Shown one piece after another: positions 11,501 to 20,432 of a DNA stretch of 64,000 nt. Each line of letters begins with the position of its first letter. Position 1 is the stretch's first letter. Location: assembly GCA_052279835.1 (NCBI GenBank), contig CP181291.1:640001-704000 (forward strand). The letters run 5' to 3'. This DNA comes from Microcoleus sp. Its GTDB lineage: Bacteria; Cyanobacteriota; Cyanobacteriia; Cyanobacteriales; Microcoleaceae. Under the pieces are notes generated by a model that was given only the letters and a program-made list of their open reading frames with translations, was not told the origin of the DNA and did no database searches. The position numbers and the translations under genes were made by a program.

Positions 11501-11786
11501 GCAGTTGCAATATCAAAGCGTGGACTTAGTTTTGCTTTGCTTGGGAGACAGACCCTCGGAATCCCCCAGTGTGTTGCCAGCGCTATCAAGTCTGCGAGAA
11601 ATGGCAACAAAACCGCCGATATTAGTTTTGGATTATCGGTGTAGTACAAATTCCGAATCGGAGGCGATCAACTTTCTACTACAAGAAGTAGGTGCTAAAA
11701 TTTTGCCTTCTTCTTTATCAGCAGCCCAATTGTTAGAGAAAATTCAACATAGCATCCAGGCAAGGGCAAAGATTCATAAAAATTAA
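8553..11786 (+). CDS. Cytoplasmic hybrid histidine kinase (CBS-like N-terminus, HisKA, HATPase, degenerate receiver domains), divergent from kaiA
   Basis: H-box FLSCISHELKTPLT, NALKFT, GTGLGL; receiver-like folds in the C-terminal third. Confidence 0.88.
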   Translation: MPQTRPSLQNFIEPVPLCRPTAQLKTLRSIFSQGNCDRIALVNEQQQPLGLIYLRSLMPLADQDQKWQQPLSENPIAIAPLRAVPADWSVSEFWQYLQTAEINHFSDQGKMEGRAVDTPIALTNSEGKFLGLINSLSLLQFVAHSNFIPISTAAEYSIKAQETAAREPVHSAMASALDAQLRFLEAGLKPSENLNSLVQLLEKLPLPLRLQTPTGQIVSQNAAWRILLGAGPEPVPETAVNRNRSSPHLPSPEPNKYNSAPSLAISPEFRSLVGVGPAGDRDSTAPTSCPLPLYAAASPSTLTSPAWCPIAGKPDTYICDCPVQKGQERIWQFVKQPLSDNLILVMGQDVTEEHLVAKELAAKNADLIHLNRLKDEFLSCISHELKTPLTAVLGLSSLLKDKLIGELNDRQTRYAKLIHQSGRHLMTIVNDILDLTRMETGQLELIPEPVEITAACHRAFEQAKQLQQQEEKSPSKSEVTTANPGEESPIQTEFILEIEPGLSHLIADELRLRQMLVNLLSNALKFTEIGGKIGLKVNIWEGWIAFTVWDNGIGIPADKQHLIFQKFQQLESPLTRRFQGTGLGLVLTQRLARLHGGDVSFISSEGQGSQFTLLLPPNPPGNTREDVAEYPDIEPELLKPKYQYPIANSRSRLVLIVEAVPKYIEDLTKVLTGLGYQVIVARSGTEALEKARRFSPQVIFLNPLLPLLSGWDVLTLLKSDPDTRSIPAIITATRGEKERASVNRAEGFLSLPVTEPALGMLLGNLIGHPDGNIGNVRSCLTILWLCPQNSGSQGSSLLLNPTYCRVLEADDLGQAELVARIWRPDAIVLDGTNQLQNPLAFIKQLSQSSSLGFLPLVTLDQATTQVANQVQGLSVFPCLATDSDTSDSPLVASALWQVIQVAAGMSWKPSILFADISTLLDLQQNMRENQELAAENADYRAKKFDFPIHNSENFAPNFQALIQYIQTAGFRGSIALHWREVLQQLQYQSVDLVLLCLGDRPSESPSVLPALSSLREMATKPPILVLDYRCSTNSESEAINFLLQEVGAKILPSSLSAAQLLEKIQHSIQARAKIHKN

Positions 11787-11911
11787 CCTAACCCTCGGAC
11801 TAGGGTCTCAATCGCCATTAATATAATCTAGTCCGGCGAGGCTGATGCGGAGAATTATAGGTTATCATAGGCGATCGAGAAACCTTTATATTTTTTGCTG
11901 GGGCTGCTCGC

Positions 11912-12787
11912 GTGCCTAATCGGATTCCTCTAATATCTCTGCTACTCGCCCTCGGTTTGTGTACAATGCCCAAACCCGTTGTCGCCCAGGCACTCCTGCC
12001 TTACACCCTACAAATCGACTCTGCCCAACTCGAACAAACAGCCTTGAGCCTGGGAGAAGAAGCTGTCCAGCTAGCCAGACTCCAGCAGTACCAACTCGCG
12101 GTACCCAGAGCCGAACTCGCCACACAATTAGCCCCTAAAAATTCTCAAGCTTGGACTTTGTTAGGCGGCTTGTACCTTCAAGTTGACCAGTTGCAAAAAG
12201 GCATTGACGCTTTGCAACAAGCTCAATCTCTGTCGCCGGAAAATCCTGCAATTAAATTTGTCTTGGGGGAAGCTCATTTTCGCCAAGCCAACTATGAAAA
12301 AGCAGTGGAATACTTACAAGCAGGGTTGAAGTTAAAACCCGATAATCCGGGTGCATTATTTGATTTAGGCAATGCTTTTTACAAGCTTAAACGATTGGAC
12401 AATGCGATCGCCCAATATGAAAAAGCCTTTGCTTTAGAAAAAAATCTCTGGCCCGCTCTCAACAATATCGGATTAGTCAAATACGAAAAGGGAGATGCCG
12501 ATGGCGCGATTAAAGGTTGGGAACAGGCGATCGCGATCGACAACAAAGCAGCCGAACCAATGCTAGCTCTAGCAGTAGCATTGTACGGCAAAGGCGACAA
12601 AGAAAAAGGCTTAGCGATGGGAGAAGCGGCTCTGAAACTAGATAAACGCTATGCTACTGTAGATTTTCTCAAAGAAAACCTCTGGGGCGATCGTTTAATC
12701 GCAGCAACCCAAAAGTTCTTAGATACTCCAGAAATGAAAGCAGCACTCACTAAAATTCAAGACTCACCACCTTCGGGGCAAATTTAG
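11912..12787 (+). CDS. Exported tetratricopeptide repeat protein
   Basis: Signal-peptide-like N-terminus; TPR motifs such as ALFDLGNAFYKL and ALNNIGLVKYEKG. Confidence 0.88.
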   Translation: MPNRIPLISLLLALGLCTMPKPVVAQALLPYTLQIDSAQLEQTALSLGEEAVQLARLQQYQLAVPRAELATQLAPKNSQAWTLLGGLYLQVDQLQKGIDALQQAQSLSPENPAIKFVLGEAHFRQANYEKAVEYLQAGLKLKPDNPGALFDLGNAFYKLKRLDNAIAQYEKAFALEKNLWPALNNIGLVKYEKGDADGAIKGWEQAIAIDNKAAEPMLALAVALYGKGDKEKGLAMGEAALKLDKRYATVDFLKENLWGDRLIAATQKFLDTPEMKAALTKIQDSPPSGQI

Positions 12788-12900
12788 CATTTCCAAGTCT
12801 GTTGAAACTGAGATGTTAAACTAGGATTCAATAACCATTTTATGGGCAGGACTTCCAGCCCTCCCTACCAAAAAACTCCCTCTTTGCGGAACAGGCATCT

Positions 12901-13022
12901 GGGAGCATCCCGATTTTGCATAGGCGAAGCATGACCGCAGACAATTTATTAGTGATAACCAGAGATTTACAGCGGTCATGCTTCGCCCCTACGAATATAT
13001 TTGCACTCATTGAGATTCACCC
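12901..13022. mobile_element. MITE-like insertion carrying a REP-like inverted repeat, inserted into a palindromic repeat
   Basis: Flanked by direct repeat (C)AGGCATCT at 12892-12900 and 13022-13030; imperfect terminal IRs GGGAGCATCCCGAT / GGGTGAATCTCAAT; internal IR GGCGAAGCATGACCGC...GCGGTCATGCTTCGCC. Confidence 0.65.
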
Positions 13023-13058
13023 AGGCATCTTGCCTGTTCTTGAGAAGAATACAACATA

Positions 13059-16000
13059 TCACGATCGACTTACTTCCACTGCCCCCAGTGTTTTGAGCAT
13101 CGCCCCAGTCGCCTCAGTTACACCTTTAACACCTGCAATATTTAATCCTTCATAAGGTTTCGGAACAGGCAAAGTTTTGATACAATCACCCGTTACAGCA
13201 TCCCAAAACTTAATCGTCTCATCTTGACTGCTACTAGCCAACATCTGCCCATCTAAACTAAAAGCAACACACCACACCCAATTTTCATGTCCCCGCAGAA
13301 CTTGCAAGCAATCATTCGTCCTCGCATCCCAAACTCGTAAAGTTCGATCGTGACCGCCACTCGCCAAGAGTGTACCATCATGATTGAAGATTACCGATGA
13401 CACAATACCATCATGTCCCTCTATGCTGGTCAGACATTCTCCGGTATTGATATCCCAAAACTTGATGCTACCGTCACTGTTGCTGCTTGCCAAAATATTA
13501 CCGTCAGGACTAAAGGCAACAGACCAAACCCAACCGCTATTTCCCATCAAAGTGCTTAAGACTTTCCCTGTACTGACATCCCATAACTTCACCGTCTTAT
13601 CGGTACTCGCAGAAGCCAGGATATGACCATCAGGACTAAAAGCAACTCCCATCACCCAACTCTCATGCTCGGTACAATTATAAAGACATTGCCCTGTGCT
13701 AATATCCCATAGTTCGATCGTCTGGTCTTCACTGAAACTTGCCAATATCTTGCCGTCGGGACTGATCGCGGCTCCCCAAACCCAAGCAGAATGACCCTCT
13801 AAACTTTTTAGGCATTCTCCAGTCATAGCATCCCATAACCTGACAGTAGTGTCAGAGAATCCACTCGCCAACAAGTCTCCATTCGGACTAAAGGCAATGG
13901 ATTTCAATCGATTAGTATGTCCATCCTGTATGCTTTTAAAACACTTCCCGGTTTTAATATTCCATAATCTCACGGCGCGATCGCTACTAGCTAAAGTTTG
14001 ACCGTCGGGTGAGAAAACTACCGAATTTACTGGATTGCTTTGCCCCAATACTGTTTTCAGACAACGACCTGTTTTAACATCCCACAGTCTCACCGTACAG
14101 TCTTCACCAGTGCTAGCTAAAATTTTGCCATCTGGACGAAACGCGACGGCTGAAACCCGACTGGTGTGTCCTTGGAGTGTTTTTAGACACTCACCCGATG
14201 CCACCTCCCACAATCTCACGGTGCTGTCTTCGCTGCAACTTGCTAAAATCTGAGCATCTGGACTAAAAGCAACAGACATTACTATTTGTGAGTGTCCAGA
14301 GCAAATCCTAACGAGTTCACCCGTGTTAATATCCCAGATGCGAATCAAAGCATCATCACCACCCCGGGCTACAGTTTTACCATCTAAACTGAAAGCCACC
14401 GATCGAATTTGACGACAGTCACTCTGAAACATTTTCAGGCATTGTCCCGTAACAACATCCCACAATTTAAGTATGCCGTCATCACCGCCACTAGCTAAAA
14501 TATTACCTTGAGGACTAAATGCGATCGACCAAGCCTGACTTTTGTGTGCCGGCAAAGTTAGCAAACATCGTCCATTACTCCAATCCCAAAAACGCACAGT
14601 CCCATCACCGATGCCACTAGCAAGCATCTTGCCATCGGGACTGAAAGCAACTCCCAGCACACTGCTATGATTTCCCTGCAATATTTGACGAATCGACCAA
14701 CTGCTAACATCCCAGCAATTAATCGTACCGTTACTACCGCCAGTAGCAAAGGTTTTCCCATCCGGACTAAAAGCAACAGATAACACAATGCTGCCGTATT
14801 CTTTGCCAGTTCTCAGCAGCCTAAATTCTGGCATTTGCCACAAGTGAATCTCACTATTCGTATCACTCATTGCTAAAAGTTTTCCATCCGGGCTAAAAGC
14901 GATTGACAAACCGCTTCCCAAAACTTCAGCGAAAACAGAATTAGTTAAATCTGCCCCAGCAAAGTTGACACCATGCAAATTGGTATCAGCTAAATAAGCT
15001 TGCCAAACAGTCAAATGAGAAAAATCCCAACCGCTTAAATCTGTCTGCATTTGACACAATAGATTTATAATATTACCCGCAACATAGCCAGTTTCTAGTG
15101 TGGGTTTACCGCGCAGGGATGCCAGAATGGGTTTGAGTTGGTTTTCGATAATTTGCTGGCGTTGGAAAGAAAAAAAAAGGCGATCGGCAATAGGTTTGAG
15201 GAGCAGACTTGCTTGCGTATCTCTAATGTATTCTTTAGCTGTAGCTTTGAGAATAGCGTGGCTTCTGAGAATATCAATTTTGCTGGTGGCGATTTCAGTG
15301 CAGACTTGTTCGATTAATCGTTCCGTCATGTATTCCATGACGACAGGTTGTTGAGTGTAGCCCTCTGAGGTTTTTTCAATCAGAGAATGTCTCAGGAGAG
15401 AACCTAAAACTTCTAGTAATTCTTTGACAGTTAATTTTGCTACTAAATCTTGTTGTAATTCGGCCACCGAGACTGGCTCCCGATTAATAGCCAGCCAGTA
15501 CATCACCTTTTTTTCTAAATCTAATAAACGATTAAATTGCCTGTCTAATAGGTTGCGAATATCATCAAACACTAAAGTTCCTTGATTTAAAAGTTCTAAA
15601 AATTTGGGGAGGCTACTATCAAAAAAATCGCGAATAGCGGGAGCGACCATTTTTAATGCTAGGGGATTTCCTCCATAGTGAGATATCAAAATATCCCATT
15701 CGGAGTCCGACCCTTGAAAAGAACCGATGCGTTGAAAAAAAATCCGTGCTTTAGGAGTGCTTAAACCTTTCAGTTGTAATGAACGAACAGGCAAAGTTTT
15801 GCCTTCTTGAGCAGCTAAACCGATCGGTTTTTCTCGACTGGTTAATAGCAGGGTACTTTTATGATTTATTTCGGCTACGCATCGCAGAAGTTGACCGTAT
15901 CCTTCATAGCCATCTCGATAACAACCAGTGCGTTCTTCTTCCTGTAGAATTGACTCGATATTATCCAATATTAACAGACACCGATGTTGTCGTAGATAGT

Positions 16001-16685
16001 ACAGCAGTCGCGAGATTCTACCATCTACGCTGTCTGGTAAATTCGTTTCCTGTTGGTGCGACAGAAACTGAATCAATTCTAGTAACAAGTCAAGGAGAGA
16101 GGGAGCATTGCAGAGACTGTGCCAAATAATATAATCAAATTGTTCTTGGATGCGTTCTGCTACCTTAATAGATAGAGAAGTTTTGCCAATTCCACCCATC
16201 CCCAACAGCGTAACTAAGCGGCAGCGATCGACAATTAGCCACTTTTCTAATAAGGCTATTTCCTCTGCACGTCCGTAGAAAATAGAAACATCAATTGCCT
16301 CTCCCCAATTAATCGATTTGTTGAGTTTTGTTAAGTCAGTTGGAGCTCGATCGGCGATCGTACTACTGCGATCGACTTGTGCGTCGATCTTGTGAGTAAT
16401 TTGGCTATTTGGTAGTGAGGCGGTTAATTGTGCCTGTTGTGCTTGCCGTCGCAAAACAGACTGAAAGTTACTCTTAGTGACTTTTTCTCCAAATACCCGA
16501 CTGAGAACTTGCCATAACTGAAAGCCAACAAACTTAATATATTCTGCATCATAACCAGCGCTTTTGGCAATCTGCGGATAAGAGTGTCCTTCCCAAGTCT
16601 GCCGCAATACCAGTATGTGAATATCGTTGAGATGTTCTTGTTTGAGAACCGAGTCGAGGAAAAGCAGTGCTTCGTCGATCGTCAT
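13059..16685 (-). CDS. STAND-family protein: N-terminal HTH-like domain, NB-ARC NTPase, about 14 WD40 repeats
   Basis: Walker A GMGGIGKT, Walker B LLILDN, LLLTSRE, GNPLAL; many SVAFSPDG...LWD repeats. Likely start is MTIDEAL at 16685 (ORF track extends to 16742). Confidence 0.92.
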   Translation of the reverse strand: MTIDEALLFLDSVLKQEHLNDIHILVLRQTWEGHSYPQIAKSAGYDAEYIKFVGFQLWQVLSRVFGEKVTKSNFQSVLRRQAQQAQLTASLPNSQITHKIDAQVDRSSTIADRAPTDLTKLNKSINWGEAIDVSIFYGRAEEIALLEKWLIVDRCRLVTLLGMGGIGKTSLSIKVAERIQEQFDYIIWHSLCNAPSLLDLLLELIQFLSHQQETNLPDSVDGRISRLLYYLRQHRCLLILDNIESILQEEERTGCYRDGYEGYGQLLRCVAEINHKSTLLLTSREKPIGLAAQEGKTLPVRSLQLKGLSTPKARIFFQRIGSFQGSDSEWDILISHYGGNPLALKMVAPAIRDFFDSSLPKFLELLNQGTLVFDDIRNLLDRQFNRLLDLEKKVMYWLAINREPVSVAELQQDLVAKLTVKELLEVLGSLLRHSLIEKTSEGYTQQPVVMEYMTERLIEQVCTEIATSKIDILRSHAILKATAKEYIRDTQASLLLKPIADRLFFSFQRQQIIENQLKPILASLRGKPTLETGYVAGNIINLLCQMQTDLSGWDFSHLTVWQAYLADTNLHGVNFAGADLTNSVFAEVLGSGLSIAFSPDGKLLAMSDTNSEIHLWQMPEFRLLRTGKEYGSIVLSVAFSPDGKTFATGGSNGTINCWDVSSWSIRQILQGNHSSVLGVAFSPDGKMLASGIGDGTVRFWDWSNGRCLLTLPAHKSQAWSIAFSPQGNILASGGDDGILKLWDVVTGQCLKMFQSDCRQIRSVAFSLDGKTVARGGDDALIRIWDINTGELVRICSGHSQIVMSVAFSPDAQILASCSEDSTVRLWEVASGECLKTLQGHTSRVSAVAFRPDGKILASTGEDCTVRLWDVKTGRCLKTVLGQSNPVNSVVFSPDGQTLASSDRAVRLWNIKTGKCFKSIQDGHTNRLKSIAFSPNGDLLASGFSDTTVRLWDAMTGECLKSLEGHSAWVWGAAISPDGKILASFSEDQTIELWDISTGQCLYNCTEHESWVMGVAFSPDGHILASASTDKTVKLWDVSTGKVLSTLMGNSGWVWSVAFSPDGNILASSNSDGSIKFWDINTGECLTSIEGHDGIVSSVIFNHDGTLLASGGHDRTLRVWDARTNDCLQVLRGHENWVWCVAFSLDGQMLASSSQDETIKFWDAVTGDCIKTLPVPKPYEGLNIAGVKGVTEATGAMLKTLGAVEVSRS

Positions 16686-16790
16686 TTCTTTAAAATTATC
16701 GGGTGTGTGAGCGAAAAATAGGTGCTTCCTGCTTGACGGCACAGGAACTTAAGCAATTATACTCAAGATAGTAGCATATTTTTCGCCCAA

Positions 16791-16820
16791 GTTATAACTA
16801 TTTATAACTATTTCTCACTG
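16791..16820. promoter_or_regulatory. Phased 10-bp direct repeats in the divergent promoter region
   Basis: GTTATAACTA / TTTATAACTA / TTTCTCACTG in tandem. Confidence 0.5.
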
Positions 16821-16920
16821 ACGCGATCGGCGCATCCGGGTTATTTTTGAATCAAGGTTGATTGAACCAGTAAATTTCAACCTGAAAGCGACGACTATCA
16901 ACGTAAAGAGAGATTTTGAG

Positions 16921-17043
16921 ATGGGTAACTTTTTTGATGATTTTGCTGATTTTGTAGAAGATCAAGTTAGAGGTTTAAATCCTATTGACCCTAACACACT
17001 ACCTGGTCAAGCAATCCATACTATTACAAGTTCCCTAGTTTAG
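16921..17043 (+). CDS. Small 40-aa hypothetical protein (or gene remnant)
   Basis: ATG preceded by purine-rich AGAGAGA; MGNFFDDFADFVEDQVRG...; first ORF of a co-oriented run. Confidence 0.4.
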   Translation: MGNFFDDFADFVEDQVRGLNPIDPNTLPGQAIHTITSSLV

Positions 17044-17074
17044 GCGATTTAATGGTTTAAAGGTCTATCTAGCT

Positions 17075-17560
17075 ATGTACGCGAAACTCTTGATTAATAG
17101 CGGAACTCTTGCAGTTCTAGCTAGTGCTATTATTTCTCCCATAGCGCTAGCGAATGAGGTTGAAACTTTTTCGTTTCAAAAGAAGATAGGGTCAGTTTGG
17201 GTTGACAACGTTACTGTCGAACAAGGAATTATTTCAGGTACCAGTCCGAGTGCTTCCGATGGTTACATTCATTGGCAAGCGGAAGGCGCACAAATCAGTA
17301 TGAATATCCGTACCCCCAGGTGTCCCAATCAATATCATACTGAAGGATCTGTGACTGTCAAATACACTAACGGTGAAGCTAAAATTACGCGCACGCTTAA
17401 AATCGGCTCTTTCCAAGAGGATAAAAAATTGACTCCTTCATGGACTGTTCGCGGCAATTATGGCAACCCTACAAATGGCAGCATCAATGTTATTACTAAC
17501 GTAACCTGTGTGCATCACGGCAACAAAGATAGCGCAATTCCGAACCCATTTGGGTGGTGA
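17075..17560 (+). CDS. Secreted hypothetical protein (beta-rich, two Cys)
   Basis: Signal peptide ending in IALA; 161-aa ORF in an operon-like run. Confidence 0.75.
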   Translation: MYAKLLINSGTLAVLASAIISPIALANEVETFSFQKKIGSVWVDNVTVEQGIISGTSPSASDGYIHWQAEGAQISMNIRTPRCPNQYHTEGSVTVKYTNGEAKITRTLKIGSFQEDKKLTPSWTVRGNYGNPTNGSINVITNVTCVHHGNKDSAIPNPFGW

Positions 17561-17651
17561 ATATCGCTTTTTGGTTATCTGGAATAAGAGAGAGCGATCA
17601 CCCGTCAGTTGGGACAGATTGGTATGTTCGGTCTACTGAATAGGATATTTT

Positions 17652-18224
17652 ATGAAAATGTCAAACAAAAAATTCTCGCTAACTCTTGCTGTAAGTATTT
17701 TGGTTTTATCACCTTTTGGTATTCTCGTGAGACAACCGTCAGTTCTGGCTGACTGTCCTCCATTTGTACCAGACGCTTTATGCCCAAGTAATAAGCCAAT
17801 TCCCGGTCAACGACTTCCTCCGGCTCCTCCGGTTCAAAGGGGATTAACTATCTGTAATAAGACAAGTGTAGGCAATATTTATGTTGCCATTGCACTTAAT
17901 TACAGGGGGCATTTTGGCAGCGATGGTGAAGGCGCACCGCAATATATAGAGTCGCATGGATGGTGGAAGATAGAGCCTGGTACTTGCAAAAAGGTATACG
18001 AAAATGATGCAATTAGAGTGCGTGGATATTACGCCAAAGGTGGAGATTCTGTTTGGAGGGGTTCCGACTCAAAGTTAAGTTATTGTATTAATTCATCAGA
18101 ATTCGAGTTTAAGGATTCCAAGGCGTTTATAAAAGAAAAATGTCAGCAAGCTGGTGGAGAAATGGTAGCTTTTAGACCCGTGCGTCCTAGCAGCCAAGCA
18201 TATTCTTTTAATTTAACAAACTGA
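17652..18224 (+). CDS. Secreted DUF1036-like protein
   Basis: Signal peptide; LTICNKT...IYVAIA...SHGWWKIEPGTC...YYA pattern. Confidence 0.75.
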   Translation: MKMSNKKFSLTLAVSILVLSPFGILVRQPSVLADCPPFVPDALCPSNKPIPGQRLPPAPPVQRGLTICNKTSVGNIYVAIALNYRGHFGSDGEGAPQYIESHGWWKIEPGTCKKVYENDAIRVRGYYAKGGDSVWRGSDSKLSYCINSSEFEFKDSKAFIKEKCQQAGGEMVAFRPVRPSSQAYSFNLTN

Positions 18225-18303
18225 GTTAACAAAAGAGTGTATCAGCGTCTTGAGAGAAAAGCTCTTTAAAAGTCAGCTTACAACCAAATCAACAAATAAT
18301 TAG

Positions 18304-18888
18304 GTGATTTCAACTATGCAAAGACAAGTAAAAATTCTAGTTAGCTTAATTTCGATTGCTTTTTTAGCCTCTTCACTCTCCAGAGTAGAGGCTCAAGCAG
18401 AGAAGCAATCGCGTTTCTTTATAACAAATAAAGTTTCCAATCTCTGTTTAGGAGTCCTAGGAGTAGATGGTCATGGGCCTGGGGTAAGGGTTGAGGTTTT
18501 TCACTGTAACCCCGGTGGTGGTGATGCTGGGAATGACAATCAATGGACAATTAAGGATTTGGGAAATGGATACAGTCACATCATAAATAAGGTTTCCAAT
18601 CTCTGTTTAGGAGTCGTAGGAGTAGATGGTCATGGACCTGGGGCAAGGGTTGAAGTTTACCACTGTAACCCTGGTAGTGGTGATGCTGGGAATGACAATC
18701 AATGGACAATTCAGCCTTTAAGAAATGGATACAGTTACATCAAAAATAGGGTTTCTGGTCTGTGCTTAGGAGTCGTAGGAGTAGACGATCATTGGGCTGG
18801 GGCAGCAGTCGAAGTTTATCGCTGCAAGCCCGGCAGTGGTGATGCTGGAAATGACAATCAATGGACAATTAAGAGAATAAGCTCTTAG
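18304..18888 (+). CDS. Secreted ricin-type beta-trefoil lectin
   Basis: Signal peptide plus three 53-aa repeats N-x-x-S-x-L-C-L...C...NQW (QxW motif). Confidence 0.88.
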   Translation: MISTMQRQVKILVSLISIAFLASSLSRVEAQAEKQSRFFITNKVSNLCLGVLGVDGHGPGVRVEVFHCNPGGGDAGNDNQWTIKDLGNGYSHIINKVSNLCLGVVGVDGHGPGARVEVYHCNPGSGDAGNDNQWTIQPLRNGYSYIKNRVSGLCLGVVGVDDHWAGAAVEVYRCKPGSGDAGNDNQWTIKRISS

Positions 18889-18962
18889 TTGTTTGTTGAC
18901 TTGAAGCAAACTTGCATTCGCTGTTAGGTCAGCAATTATTGCTTTAATCGGAAGACTCGCTT

Positions 18963-20165
18963 ATGAAATTATCAAAATTATTGACTACAATAGCCTTAAC
19001 AACAATATTAAGCATTTCATCAGAGGTAGGGGGACTTAAGCCCAAGGAAACTTCTGCACAACAGACTATTCAACCTATTGCCATTATCGTTAATGGTCAG
19101 GGAGATTGTTGTGCAGACAGAATGGAAAGAGTGATCGGCGAACTAGAGTCAATCAACGCAAAAATTATTTTTGCACCTTGGAATAGTTTGAGAGAACGCT
19201 CTGAAGGTAACAGCTCTCTTGACGATGCACGTTTTTTGAGGGAAGTAGCCGATTATGTTAACAACAACGTCGCTCCTAATCAGCCAGTGATTTTGATTGG
19301 ACACAGCTTTGGAGGTGACTCTGTACTAAAAGTTGCACCTCGAATAAACAGAAGAATACTATTTTTGGGTGTCCTCGATCCAGTAGCTGCTCTTGGAAAA
19401 CGTTCTCCTATCACTGGGTACGGTGTTCCCTCAAATGTTGATTACTTCTTTAATAGATGGCAGACCAAAGCCCCCTGGCCTATTGATTTTTCAGGAGATG
19501 GAACAGTACGCAATTGTAGCGCAAGGGAGTGCGATCAGCAAGAACAATCTTTTGCCAAAAACGCAGATGGTTCTGAAATTAGAAGAGCTTGTAAAGCTGA
19601 TGAGTCTTGTCGTAGTCGAAGAGGTGGAACAGCAAGAAGAATTGGCGATTTTCTAGGGGATGTAATCAGAGACAAGTATGGTACTGCTGCAAAGCGCCTA
19701 CTCCATCAACCTTTCCCGACTGATGCCTACATTCAGCAGCAAATAGCTGACAAGATTAGAACATTAGTAGCAAATTACCAACCAGATATTCCCAGTGATA
19801 TATCAGTCAGTCTGGGTAATGGAAAAGTGATCAAATATTTTCGGAGTAATGGAACAGGTACTCTTGTTCGCCAGGATAGTGGAGAAATTATTCAACGATA
19901 TTCTGGTTGGCATAAGAGTTGGGATCAGATTGTTGCGATCAGAACAGATATGGTTCTCTTCTACGATCGCGAGGCTGGAAAAGGTGAGATATACCGTATC
20001 GAACCTCAAGGAAACTTAACATTCCTTTATCGTTACGATGGTTGGCGTAAAACTTGGAGCAATATCTCAAGTTTAGGAAACAGTAGAGTTAGATTTGTGG
20101 ATGATACTAATCATTCAGAAATTTACTCGGTTAACGATCAAGGAGTTTTTTTTGATGCTAACTAG
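18963..20165 (+). CDS. Secreted alpha/beta-hydrolase with a C-terminal repeat module
   Basis: Signal peptide; nucleophile elbow LIGHSFGG; LDPV; C-terminal YSGWHKSW / YDGWRKTW repeats. Confidence 0.8.
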   Translation: MKLSKLLTTIALTTILSISSEVGGLKPKETSAQQTIQPIAIIVNGQGDCCADRMERVIGELESINAKIIFAPWNSLRERSEGNSSLDDARFLREVADYVNNNVAPNQPVILIGHSFGGDSVLKVAPRINRRILFLGVLDPVAALGKRSPITGYGVPSNVDYFFNRWQTKAPWPIDFSGDGTVRNCSARECDQQEQSFAKNADGSEIRRACKADESCRSRRGGTARRIGDFLGDVIRDKYGTAAKRLLHQPFPTDAYIQQQIADKIRTLVANYQPDIPSDISVSLGNGKVIKYFRSNGTGTLVRQDSGEIIQRYSGWHKSWDQIVAIRTDMVLFYDREAGKGEIYRIEPQGNLTFLYRYDGWRKTWSNISSLGNSRVRFVDDTNHSEIYSVNDQGVFFDAN

Positions 20166-20432
20166 GCGATCGCTCTTGTCTCAGTTGGATAAAGAAAAGG
20201 CGATCGCAAGTTTCACCAACCCAAAAAAAGCGAATCCCGTCAAACAGAGTTCATGTAGCTAACTACTGAGTTAGAAAGTCAGAGCGCTTGAATTTTTTCT
20301 ATAATTTATTAGGTAGCATCGGTCTATTTGCAAGCAATTGTCCGCGCCAGCAAAACATTACAAGGACTGATTATACGACTCTTTTCTAAATAATAAAGAG
20401 GTCGTCCCATTTTTTTTTAAAGGAGAAATCAA

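Noticed and set aside
12916..13155. 79-aa plus-strand ORF
   Set aside because: It is built from the MITE/REP sequence and antisense to the WD40 gene end.
18427..18885. 159-bp repeats as a CRISPR array or DGR template
   Set aside because: They are in-frame coding repeats of a lectin, with no spacers, cas genes or reverse transcriptase.
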